Part shown: positions 12,402-23,564 of the stretch, piece after piece
Layout of the letters: every line of letters begins with the position of its first letter
How positions within the stretch are numbered: position 1 is the first letter of the stretch
Assembly: GCA_004764695.1 (NCBI GenBank)
Contig: SMSO01000006.1
Span: 1,751,859 to 1,815,858, forward strand
Source of the DNA: Schizochytrium sp. TIO01
Lineage: Eukaryota > Protista > Bigyra: Labyrinthulomycetes
Length of the DNA stretch: 64,000 nt
Direction: 5' to 3'
Made by a program: the position numbers and the translations under genes
The notes under the pieces: generated by a model
Told to the model about the DNA's origin: nothing
Database searches by the model: none
What the model saw: the letters and a program-made list of their open reading frames with translations, nothing else

Positions 12402-14567
12402 TTAGTAACAAAATGGTACGAGAAAGAAACCGCTCAAGATAAAAATCGGGAAAAGAATCTGTAGCCAAAAGGCAATGATCTGCAATATCGAATCAAGAAA
12501 GTGAAAGGGTACACGTAAGTACCAACCTTGGGCGATAACCCGCGACACGTCCTTGATCATTGCTCCACCCGTGAGTACAAGAGCGACGTCCTTGGCGAAG
12601 AAAAAGAAGTCACTATGGGACTGTGTAAAGGTCGTGCCGTGATCCGAGCGTAGAGCGTCTTCGATTTCTTCGGTTGTGGGAACAATTGCCACAAACAGAA
12701 GTTCATCCCAATAACTCCAGGTTCGGTACGCTGTGAACTGATGAAAAATACCTGATTTTTGGCGACGCAAAAGATTGGTAAATTTATCAAACAAGGAGAA
12801 ATTCGTAACGACTTTTTTAAACTGGCGAAACGCCTCACGATTGCCAGTGTGGCGTGCGTACTCTGCACAAAGAAAGAACTGTTGGTCTTCAGGGCTTTTG
12901 TACTTTGGATTACGATCATCCTTACGAGCCTGAGCAAAATTACGAATAGAATGCATTGGGCCGGATTCACTGCCTGAAACTGCACGCGCATAGTCCTCAT
13001 GACGGATATTGTACATTTTACAAAAACTCCGAGGAGATTCCATGACGCGCAACCGTAAGGTACTTTGCATAAGTAACTCGACTGCAGCCGCATGAATCCA
13101 GCGCTGATCAGGATCAAACCACTCTTGGCTCGCGATGGTCTCATCAATACGATGAATGAACTCGGCAGCCAAAGCATTGAGAATAATATCGAGAACTTCA
13201 TCTGTGTTAAAGAGAATAAAGAGCATGACTGCATAGAGAAAGGCAACATAGGCAGTGTTCATGTACCGATCAAGTTTAAAGCCAATTTTCTGAAAAATTG
13301 TATCATCATTTTGTTCCCACACGGTCGTCCGCAATGAGTTTAGACGAGAGTAAGCTGTGCCAGAGTTACCTGCAGTGCGGTAGAACTTCGTCAAACTCTC
13401 AGGAATCACGTTGATAATATAGATGAACATCACCGCTAGATTCATGCATTTACCAAGATTACTTCCATGATTTGTGCAGAACAGTTCCCATGATGCATGA
13501 ACATACCAGTTAGTAAGCGTGAACTCAGCATCAAAACGCTCAGAATTTTCAAGAGCGTTTAATAACAGAATGCAGGGAATAGCAAGCTGAACAAAAAGAC
13601 AACAAATAGCAAAAGCTCCAGCACTACCAAGAACACTCATGTATGTATAGATCGAGAGATCATCGTCGTCAAAGGTCCAGTCATCTTCGTCTTCAACGAT
13701 TGCATCCATGAAGACAAAAGGAGAAAGAAGATGCTCACGGAGCATTTGCTGAACACCTTCCGAATAGGTGTCGTGAAGTTCGCGAAAATCTGAGTTCCGC
13801 TCATCCTCAAGCCACTCTTCGTAAAGGTCGTCAGCAAACTGCACGGAATCAACCTCTGCAAAGTCACGCTCATGATCGACCTGAAATCGAATGAACTTCT
13901 CCAGGCGAAGGACGGCATACTGCTGCCAAACCCAGGGACGAGAGCCGAAAAGATGTTTTAAGCCATCCTCGTTAGCTCGGATGTATTTGCTTGGCAGAAG
14001 CGTGGCTTGTCCAACATTGTAAAAGTACATCCACTCCGGCTCACGATGAGCGTTTCGCGGGTCACTCCAGTCAAAGGAATCGGGCGCTTGACGCACGACG
14101 CGTCGAATCATGGCTAGGTGCCATTTCATATCGTTACCAAGGTATTCTACCCAACTTCCACGTGCCCAAAGCGTTTCAGGTTGATCTACAACACTATCCA
14201 CGAGGTCACGAAGGGTCGCTTTGGTTCGGAGTGGGTAGCCAAGTCGGACCACCTGGCGTGCACGTAGCTTAGCTTCGTAATTTTCGTCACCAGGTTTAAG
14301 GTCGTCATACGCGTCGTTGGCCCACATGGACGTGGAGAACTCTGCAGCAGAGAGAATGCCTCCACCGCCACGGGTCTCCAGCAACACAACTCTGTGTCGC
14401 GATTCATCTTCACCAGCTTCTTCATCTGTGTTGCCAAGCTTGGTGCTGACATCATCTCCGAGGCCGCCATCATCACCAAAGATAGCCCCTCCATCGTCAA
14501 AATCTGTGTTTGACACGCGGCTCTTTCGCCGAGACTTTTTTTCATCTCCCTCATCGTCGGCCCCCAT
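12402..14567 (-). CDS. Uncharacterised multi-pass membrane protein
   Basis: Uninterrupted ~720-aa ORF with an acidic N-terminus and several hydrophobic segments (e.g. FAICCLFVQLAIPCILLL, YVAFLYAVMLFILF, LQILFPIFILSGFFLVPFCY). Family not recognised. Confidence 0.7.
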   Translation of the reverse strand: MGADDEGDEKKSRRKSRVSNTDFDDGGAIFGDDGGLGDDVSTKLGNTDEEAGEDESRHRVVLLETRGGGGILSAAEFSTSMWANDAYDDLKPGDENYEAKLRARQVVRLGYPLRTKATLRDLVDSVVDQPETLWARGSWVEYLGNDMKWHLAMIRRVVRQAPDSFDWSDPRNAHREPEWMYFYNVGQATLLPSKYIRANEDGLKHLFGSRPWVWQQYAVLRLEKFIRFQVDHERDFAEVDSVQFADDLYEEWLEDERNSDFRELHDTYSEGVQQMLREHLLSPFVFMDAIVEDEDDWTFDDDDLSIYTYMSVLGSAGAFAICCLFVQLAIPCILLLNALENSERFDAEFTLTNWYVHASWELFCTNHGSNLGKCMNLAVMFIYIINVIPESLTKFYRTAGNSGTAYSRLNSLRTTVWEQNDDTIFQKIGFKLDRYMNTAYVAFLYAVMLFILFNTDEVLDIILNALAAEFIHRIDETIASQEWFDPDQRWIHAAAVELLMQSTLRLRVMESPRSFCKMYNIRHEDYARAVSGSESGPMHSIRNFAQARKDDRNPKYKSPEDQQFFLCAEYARHTGNREAFRQFKKVVTNFSLFDKFTNLLRRQKSGIFHQFTAYRTWSYWDELLFVAIVPTTEEIEDALRSDHGTTFTQSHSDFFFFAKDVALVLTGGAMIKDVSRVIAQGWYLRVPFHFLDSILQIIAFWLQILFPIFILSGFFLVPFCY

Positions 14568-17500
14568 TGTCACAAACCGGAGGCTGTTCTTGCTGTGCTA
14601 AGCTATCGATTGAGAGATTGCTTTGAAGATTTTGATGATGGGCTCTGCGTCCTCTTGAAACCTGCCTAGGTCCTCTGAGCACCTAGCAGATGTTTGTGTG
14701 TCGTTGTTGGCTCCTCCTACTATCAAGCAATTGCGCTGCACGTGCTGAGCGATGCGGTTTTGCAACTTATTCTACCCTCCAAAAATATGAATCCCTCTGT
14801 TAGAAGAAACACCCAGTCAGTACCTTCCTTCGCACAACTGCTGCTCGCGAAGAAGGGGGAACCAGCAGAGTCAATTGCTCAGTAGACGGTCAGCTGGTGC
14901 CGTGAACACCTAGGCGAGAAGACCTAGTATACTAGTTTGCTGCGCCAGCTCCGCCTAGCTTAGTGAGTCCAGCTTGGGAAGATGATCAGGCAACTGAACA
15001 GAGGTAACTTTTGCATTATTTTTTGTATTCGTAAAACCAGGGCCGGAGATAGCACCACATAGGTGAGTCCTGTGATTGTCAGAGTTTTTATTACTACTGC
15101 CTTAGTAGTTTTTGTTTTGGTAAATAGAAAGAGTTTACAGAAAAAGTTGATCATCAAAACTACGATAAGTGTAAGAATTGGGGAATAGTATGGGAGTCTT
15201 ACAGCTATGGAAATAGTAGCAGCTAGTAGCATCTATCCAGTTGGTAGGTACATATCAAGCCTCCAGAAAGTGATGGGGGGTAGGCAGCCAGGGTGTGTAT
15301 GCACCCATCATTTTAAAAATAAAGATTATGAGTGAACATTCGAATTGTTGAGCCAGCACGAGCACAAGTACAACCATGACTGCAAGCTCAAGTATCCAAT
15401 GGCTAACGGAATCAGACGCAGATTTCTTTATAATCGTCCGCAGGTACCCGGAGAACCTTATTGGCTCAAACTACCTAATCAATGGTTTCAGGTTGGAGCT
15501 TGCTTTTGCAAGCTTCTTTCTTTTCTTGAAGTTACTCAGTAGCATAATAGGATTTGAGTGTGCACCGTACACACAGTGCAGCTGGACAAATTGAATGCAC
15601 AGCTGACGCTGAAGTCCAGCGGCTGGACACGTCAATCACCTCATAAGTGGCACCCAGGTCAAGGCAAAGCCTAGGTAGTAGGTTTGTACACTCGGTAAGA
15701 TTGCTGAAAATAACGCTAAGAAATCTAATATATTCTTGACTGGAGTAAAAATTATCTGACTGGTGAGAGTACGAGAATAACGAAAAGTGATAGAATTTGT
15801 AGTACCTAGGAGTATGTAGTTGAAGCTACAACTTGCTTGAAAGGTCAGCACCATTATGGTTTGCCTGCAGCGCGAATGCAGAGGGGGGGGGTGGTAGCTC
15901 TGGACAGCATAGTTGACAAGGGCCCTAATTTAATTTATTGTTTCAATGAGTAAATCATCAACTACTTTCAGCCATAAATCAACTCTAAATACTTTTACTT
16001 AAAACTTTACCTAACTTGAAGGCTTAGGTATGAATTGCCTTTGCGACTCGTGAGAATTGGGCAAGTACATAGTGGTAGTCACCTCGCTTAATTGTGCTGA
16101 TATCCAGGAGGGGATCCTTTAAATTCTAGGATCTTTTATGGAGGTGTGCGTACGCCTTTTTACGAGTATCGGGTTGCTCAGCTCAGCCTCCTACCCTGCT
16201 TTATGCTGTTTCTGTCACGTCAAACACCAGAACGGGGGCAAAGAATTCGCCATCGTTCATAATGATTACCGGCTCAGATTCTTCTCAAATAGAGAAGTTC
16301 ACAAAAGATTTTTGTAGATCGACTCATCTACAGAGTGATGCTATATAAGCGGCTTCCGTTTGGAGGTTGCTCAAAGAGTAAAAGACGCAGTGTTTTTTTT
16401 TGGCTTCATCATACTCCTAGAATTCACTCTCAATTGTCTGAAGCTACTGCTATAAATATGTTTCCAGATTGAATAAAACTTCAAGTCAGAGCAAATACTT
16501 TGACGATTACGACGGCCGCGCGAATTCAAGGGTGCTGGAATTGACAGAAATTCGAAGAGTATTGCAAGAAAAAATATGAATTATCATATGCAGCTCTGCC
16601 GTATCAACTAGGTATGGATCTACAGCAAATCAGAAAGAGGTTCGACACGGTTCCAGCGATCTCTGTGATGAATTTTTCTTGCTCATTAAAATAATATATA
16701 AAGAGGGGTCAGATTGAGGAAGGCCCCTGCACAATTTAGTTTAATAGTATGTTTCATGTAATGAGTATGCTGACGCAACCTGCTGGTAAAGTTAGGCGCA
16801 AAACTATTTGGAATGCTTTAAGTAAGGAGTCCAACGATGTCTTGTTTGCCCTTTCGAAATTGCATACTCGTGTTTGCAATCACCTCAATGAAGATAGAAT
16901 TGGGGCCGTACGGAGTGCCAATGTTGTTGAAAAACACAGACCAATGGCACTCTTTCTGATCAGAGGAGCAACACTTTCACCTCAAGTTGGTTTTAAGCCA
17001 GAGCAGTAAGGTAGCTCTGATGGAACAATGGCCCGAACGTTTTGTAAGGTGAATTTGCATCTATTTGCTTACATCCTAGCCAGGACTTTAGGTTTCATTC
17101 CTTTTACTGGGGTTCACACTGTTGCAAGATCGAATCTGATCAGTATCATGATGTTTGATCGTTGCGGGTGCGTCCCTGCATGCGCGTGCGCCGCACGTGT
17201 GCACATATTTAAGGCTCCTTTCAGCGGGGAAAGTAGGATCTTCAAGTGAGGGATGCACCATATCAGCAAATGAAATCACTTACTATTGTGTTAATTTGTT
17301 GTTGACGATATCTGTTTGATTCTTCACAGCGTCCACCACAAGTTATTTATCAAAACCAACTGCACTCAAAATAATGTATCGTGAAACAGAAAACAACCGC
17401 CAGACGTAGCTCATAATATATATATAGAGAGAATAAAAAATGGTCCATGGTGTACTAAGCACTCAGGCAGCAAGTGAAAAGGGTGCCAGGTGTCGGTTTT

Positions 17501-18739
17501 TGTAGACGGTCTCGGGAATTGAAAACCTCAGATTGCTCAGTGCAAATTACCATCGCTGTTACATGCCATTATTTTGAACCCCGTGTCACATTTACTCCTC
17601 TCCTGAATCTTGTTCTTACAAACCATCGGGCTTCGTAAAACTTACTTTCACTCAAGCTTAATACCACAAAAATCTTATAGTGAACCCTACCTAGCTTAAC
17701 TCTAGGTAGCACCTAAGACGATTTTGTTTTGAGTTTTAACCCGAGGAGAAGGATCGTACTAGAGAAGTATTAGAGGTCACAGCAATAGGGTTGTTGGTAC
17801 TAGCTAGGTCAGGTCGATTCCATATTGTCTCGAGGCCCAACGCAGGAACAGGCCAGGCTAGGTTAATCTCATTTTTTAAATACAACTTGAACTTCAAAAA
17901 GTAATTTGAATACATAATGTTTTTTCTTCTTCTTCTTCTTCTTCTTCCTTTTCAATTTTGATTTTTTCAAAAAGATACGATGACTGATAAATACTAGGTA
18001 CTACGTTATTGAACCTTTTCATCAAACTGCAGATCGGTAGGTAGGAGAAAGTACTTAATGTCAATATGTCAACCTACCAAAACGAACTCACTCAGAAACG
18101 CAGCTTATCCTATAGTTGTTTCCCCGTATGATTCCAGCTGAAAACTGGAATTAAGAGCTGTGCAGTTTCCCCGCTTTCTCTTGGAGATATTAGTCGCCAT
18201 TCCGAGTTGTGACCAAGATTAACTCTTTGGTGGGTGACATTTGCAATCCTTTCTTAGACACTTGCCTTGTCGTATGGTTGTATGCAGCTTGTGGAGGATA
18301 TTTGTCTTTCTGTCTTTGCTCATTTTGAACACTGGCATCTATCTTGTCAACTATCACGTAATTTCAAGAATCAAGGTGAGTAATCACTCAAAACATAAGC
18401 CCTAAAGAAAAGACATGGCTATGAATATCGAGCGCATCATGCAAATTTGATCGCTTCGATTCCCAATTAACTGAGACCGTAGAATCCAGAATCCAATAAC
18501 ACTCTCTTTATTTCAGGGTCTTATGCCTTTGCTGTGCATTTTTAGTATTTTAAACTTTGAAGCATATCTTGTCGGATATATTTTTTCTCATTGGAAATCC
18601 GAGTTCCGTGGTTTCAACCAAATCTGAGCTGTTGTAGATATGGAAAGTTGCTTAGGTAAAAAATGCGAATGTATGTCAGGCGGAGTTGAGTAGTCTCAGC
18701 ATTTCAAATTTAGATAAAAATCAATTACAAAATCGATTC

Positions 18740-19226
18740 ACCTAAAGAATTGTTCTTCTCAAAATGAGTAAGATAATTTGAACCCCCATGGCCTTTGCCT
18801 AAAAGGGTTCTATTCTTTGGGCGAAGAGCATTTAGATATTGGTACTTCTACGAAGCTAGTAGGGACCACTAGAGTTGGGTTGTTTTGAAATAAAACAAGA
18901 GCAAAGGAAAACAACTGATTTGCGAATCCAGAAAAACCTACGCAATTGCTTGGAAGCAAACCATGCCCAAGGGTTGCATAGTTCAATGTTAACAACCTAA
19001 AACATTGTTCTTCTCGAAATGAGTAAGATAATTTGAACTTCCATGGCCATTGCCTGAAAGGGTTCTATCTTTGGACGAAGAGAATTTAGATATTGGTACT
19101 TCTACGAAGCTAATAGGGACCACTAAAGTCGGATTATTTTGGAATAAAGCAAGAGCAAAGGAAAATAACTGATTTGCGAATCCAGAAAAACCTACGCAAT
19201 TGCTTGGAAGCAAACTATGCCCAAGG
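18740..19226. repeat. Diverged direct tandem duplication, two ~233-bp copies with ~254-bp period
   Basis: 18740-18973 and 18994-19226 share blocks such as aaatgagtaagataatttgaa, tttagatattggtacttctacgaagcta and gatttgcgaatccagaaaaacctacgcaattgcttggaagcaaa. Confidence 0.9.
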
Positions 19227-19840
19227 ACTACATAGTTTGTGGACGCCTCAATGTTGACATGAATTCAATTTCGGCTTGAACGGCGAACCTTTTCAAAGTC
19301 CATGATAGACATTTTACTATATGTGGAGCATGTTAACTCAAACAAAGACTATTTAAAGGGAGGATCCCAGGTAGCAAACCTTGCATATTGGACTTTTGAC
19401 CATCCAAAACAAAGATAAGAACTGATATGGACGGTGTCATTAACATGCATGTTGGAGCACAGCTGCAAGAAGGAAAGGATAAAAAGAGGTACAGGAACAT
19501 TGATTATACTCTTGCCACGCTTCTTGACGCTGCTACAAATAAAGCAGATTGGTGTGAGAGAGATTTGCTATGCGACGGGTTGATAAAGTTGTCGATCAGG
19601 CTCCTCGTCCAATCTGAGCTTTGTAAATCTCTACAGGCAAACGAAATTCGAGCATAGCGCTCGGAAACAACGAGAAGACAAATCAAAAGTTGCAGGCAAC
19701 ATAATGTAATTTAGACTGGAGAGAAGGGATAAATGGTTTTAAAATGGTAGAGATGGCATGATATTCACGAGGAGGGCACATGCCTTCAGGATGACATACC
19801 AGAACACCACAAATGTTCTGCATATGGCATTATACTTTAC

Positions 19841-20197
19841 TTACTTCTTGGGTAGCTTGGTGGTAACCTTGACGGAGTGCATGCCCTTAATGTGCTCACC
19901 AAGCATCTCGTAGACCATGCGAGCCTGCTGCACCTTGTTCTTGCCCTCAAACAGAGATGAAGTTACGTCAATATTGTAAGCAGATCCGCAGCCTCCGCTG
20001 ACATCCTTAACAGAGACCTCCTCAGGCTTAAGCTGAGACTGGAGAATCTTGGTCATCTCTTCCTCGGGGCTACCACCAGCGCTCGAAAAAGCTCTTGCGG
20101 CGGCCGGAGCGACACATCCAGTCATGCTCTTGCGAGAAGCATAAGCAGCAACGGAGTTGCGAGAGGCCTTGGCCATCAGAGAAGAAGCAGCGAGCAT
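19841..20197 (-). CDS. BolA family protein (BolA3-like, probably mitochondrial)
   Basis: DVSGGCGSAYNIDVTSSLFEGKNKVQQARMVYEML...MHSV, with an Ala/Arg/Ser-rich presequence. Confidence 0.92.
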   Translation of the reverse strand: MLAASSLMAKASRNSVAAYASRKSMTGCVAPAAARAFSSAGGSPEEEMTKILQSQLKPEEVSVKDVSGGCGSAYNIDVTSSLFEGKNKVQQARMVYEMLGEHIKGMHSVKVTTKLPKK

Positions 20198-21227
20198 TTT
20201 GAAGAGGATGTTCGAGACGCTCGATTTAAGGTTCTGCGAGACCGAAGCAGGTTTTTATTTTATTTTTATTCAAAATATAAGTTCTGTAAGGCTCCTCTTG
20301 AAGCACCCCGAGACCTCGAAAAACAGGTGTTGGCAAGGAAAGAGAAGCGCGAGAAGTTGGTGAAATGCTGATTGGCAGCTTGGCGTGTTCTTTTCCATGC
20401 ATAGCAAGTTTTTTTGTTGACTCGATTAGGCCTATTTTAAATTACTACACGACTACTATTACCTAGCAGTAACATAAAAGTACAGAATGTTGCAGAAAAG
20501 GCGCAGAAAAGGGCGCAAAGTGGTTTATAATTGCGCAGGAACTTTGATAGGGTCCAAGAACAAGGGTGGGTTATCGAGTATCAAGAAAACTATCGAATTT
20601 TATCTGTTCATGTACGATGCAGTCAAAATCGAGGAGAACTCCAGGTTTACTAAATTTTTCACTACAACATAGCCAAAAGTGCTTTCAGGTTATTCTATAG
20701 GTGAACATATAAAATAAAATCTCACAGAGCACTTGGAATTCTAAAATACTAAAGGATCGACGATCCACAATTTGTGCTCATCCTCCAGAAAACCAAAATC
20801 AAGAGGGCGACAAAGGGTCGATTTGTGTTCGTTCCCCATAAAATTGAAATCAAGAACGCTTTGATGATTAGTGAGAACTCTGTTTTCCTGGCGCTCGCGT
20901 TAGAGAAAACACATGGTGCCAAGCAAACCAAACTCTTCCCCGAACAACTTTAATTTCGGTAATTGTCTAGTTAACAAACCTGTTTTCTTTAACTTAAAGA
21001 CTGCTAAGTTCCGGTCATTGAAGTAAAATGTAGATACGAATGACTTACATTTTCAAGTGGATCATTTGTATTTTCACAAAATGAGCTCAATGTTGAAGAC
21101 TTTTCAAATCGCTAATGTTGAAAGCTGAGAATGCTTTGTTCAGAATTTTCGGATGGTATCAGGGGATATGGATATATGAGAGGAAAATAAGGGTTGTGGT
21201 CATACTATAGCTTGTACACGTATAAGG

Positions 21228-21853
21228 TTATGACTCGGCCATTTCTTGATCATTTTGTCCGTTTGCATCGCTGTGAAAGGTTTCGATAATGAGATTGAGC
21301 AGCAAGTTATTTTCTTCTGCATCATAGATTTCGGGAAAGCGCATTGCTGCTTCTTTAACAATCTGTGTACAGTTTATGCATTAACAACAACAAACGAAAG
21401 ATGAGTCAGTAAAGGAATCCAAGACATGCACACGCATGGGAAAAGCCCATCGTAATGGCGATTTTAAAATCAACTAGGAATAGAGTGACTATTCATTTTA
21501 AAAGAATGACTTACCGCTTCAAAAGTGCCTGTATCCTTAGGGCGAAGATTGACGAGCTGAAGCCACTCTGATTTGGTGAGTTTTGAAAGATCGAAACGTT
21601 TGCGGGCAGTTTGAATAAAGTTCTGAAGCTCTTCGAAAGAGTGTGCGTCCTCCTCAGCAAGACCACCAAGGACCTTATCGCAAATCCAGCGAGCATCTGA
21701 CAGGTCTTTTAGTGATCCGAGACCACCTTTGTATTGACCACCGATTTCTGCATATGTTTGAAGGCGAGCATTCACAATTTCATAGACCTCACGATTTACG
21801 AGCTGAACAGGTTCGTTACTTTTCGCAATATTTCCATTTGCGTTGGCTGCCAT
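21228..21853 (-). CDS. RNA polymerase III subunit RPC9/C17 (Rpb4 family), 2 exons: 21853-21515 and 21362-21228
   Basis: LVNREVYEI and LTKSEWLQLVNLRP motifs. A GTAAGT...CACAG intron at 21514-21363 joins in frame to IVKEAAMRF...LLLNLIIETF, ending in TAA at 21228. Confidence 0.8.
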
Positions 21854-23564
21854 GGTGAAGGCTTTGTCAGGCTAAGTTCGCTACTGCTCTCCTCCGAGCT
21901 TCTTCTGGCAGAGTCCTGCTTCTTCGTTGCGAGATGGGATCCTCTCTTGCGATGCCGCTTAAGCCTCGTTTATGCGAGCCTCTATCCTTGAGGGAACCCC
22001 TGCGAAGACCCTAATCCTTTGACTCCCTCCAGAACTGACCGCTATTTAGTCGCTTTCTCCGCTCTGCGCTTGCCAAGCACCGAGGCAGTTCGTGCTCTTC
22101 TTCATTTTAAGAGGCAGATGATGGAGGCCTGCGCCAATAAATGGAAAGAGGGTTACTATAGGAGTTCAATCTAACTTTTTGTCAAAGCTTTTAGATTCAA
22201 ATCAATAGTGGCCCCGCTATACTATCTGTAGTATGCCCCCTGGTGCCAGTTGAACTTTATTTTAGCTTATAGTATGATAACATGAATAAAGTTTCAAGTG
22301 CTATTATTATTATTGTTTTATTTCTTTTTTTCAAACTTTGAAAAGAAATCAAATTCAAAGCAAACAAAAATAGAACAACCTAGTCACGTACTACAATTCT
22401 TTTCCCAGTTTGGAGAAGTGGAGCACTAGATACTAACTACAACTAGGTCCGGAATTCCGCGCGAGCTTAGGCAGAACGGCTAAGCTTATACACAATAATT
22501 TCCAGGTATTGGAATGACTCAAAGTACGACGAACATTTGGTATTTCTTGTGAACCATCTCGGCACTAAGAATAGCTGACAATATCTCAGGTGCTCTCCAT
22601 GTGACTACGTATTTATTAGTCAAAGAAAGAGCATCAGGAATTGCTTCATCTTGTTACAGCAAATCTGGAGTGCTGAAGAACTTGCATGCGATCAGGAGCA
22701 AATCAATTTTAATAAGACAATGATCTCCAAAGAATTAGCGAAGAGAAGTTGTGTCAACTTTTTTTTTCGATAATCTTCGTATGAATTTGTTTTTCTATGT
22801 GCCTCTCGCTTGCTTATTGCGCAACGAATCATCTCGAAAAATTCTTCGCAAGCAGTGTCGGATAACTTGCGAACTGGGATGCAAAATCAAGCTTGAAGCA
22901 TCGCGTGAATGTAGCCTTGGAGCTCTTTTACTTGCCAGGAGTGTTTCTGACTCATAAAGTCAGAATGGGTCTGCCAATCAAATGCACAGACTGATAGAAG
23001 GAGTAGGAGGTCAACGCACGTATGGGTGATTGTTTTTAGAAACCCTCATCTTAAAGTCAAAGAATTGATAGGAGTGGCCTCTGACAAATGCGAGTGAAGA
23101 TAACAATGATATAGTAGCCCGATACTGCTTTGCCCGAACCTATCGCACGAGGAGATACATATTCTTAATTGAGTTTTTACCAGTGAAAATAAGAATATAC
23201 GAAAAACCTCTGACTCGTCCTTTGAGATGAATTCTTTCTCAAGAGAAAGAATTGTTTTTTGTTTTTTTAATATCCGCCACGTAGCGAGAGTGGATAAGTA
23301 GACAGACCCACTGCCCACTGCCTTAATATATCTTACTAGGTAATTAGGAATCATCTCCAGGCTGTATCTTATAATTGTAGTACCTACATACTAGGTGCTA
23401 CTGTAACTGATAGATAGAAAGATAAAGAGGTGCTATTACGTGGAGACTTCAGACAGACTCGAATCGGCGTCAACGCCGAGGGCATCACGAAGTAGCGAGG
23501 TTCCTTCATCTCCGCTGCGCTCCCTTGGAGCGTGTGTCAGCGCCCGGGACCAGGTCTGGACGCC

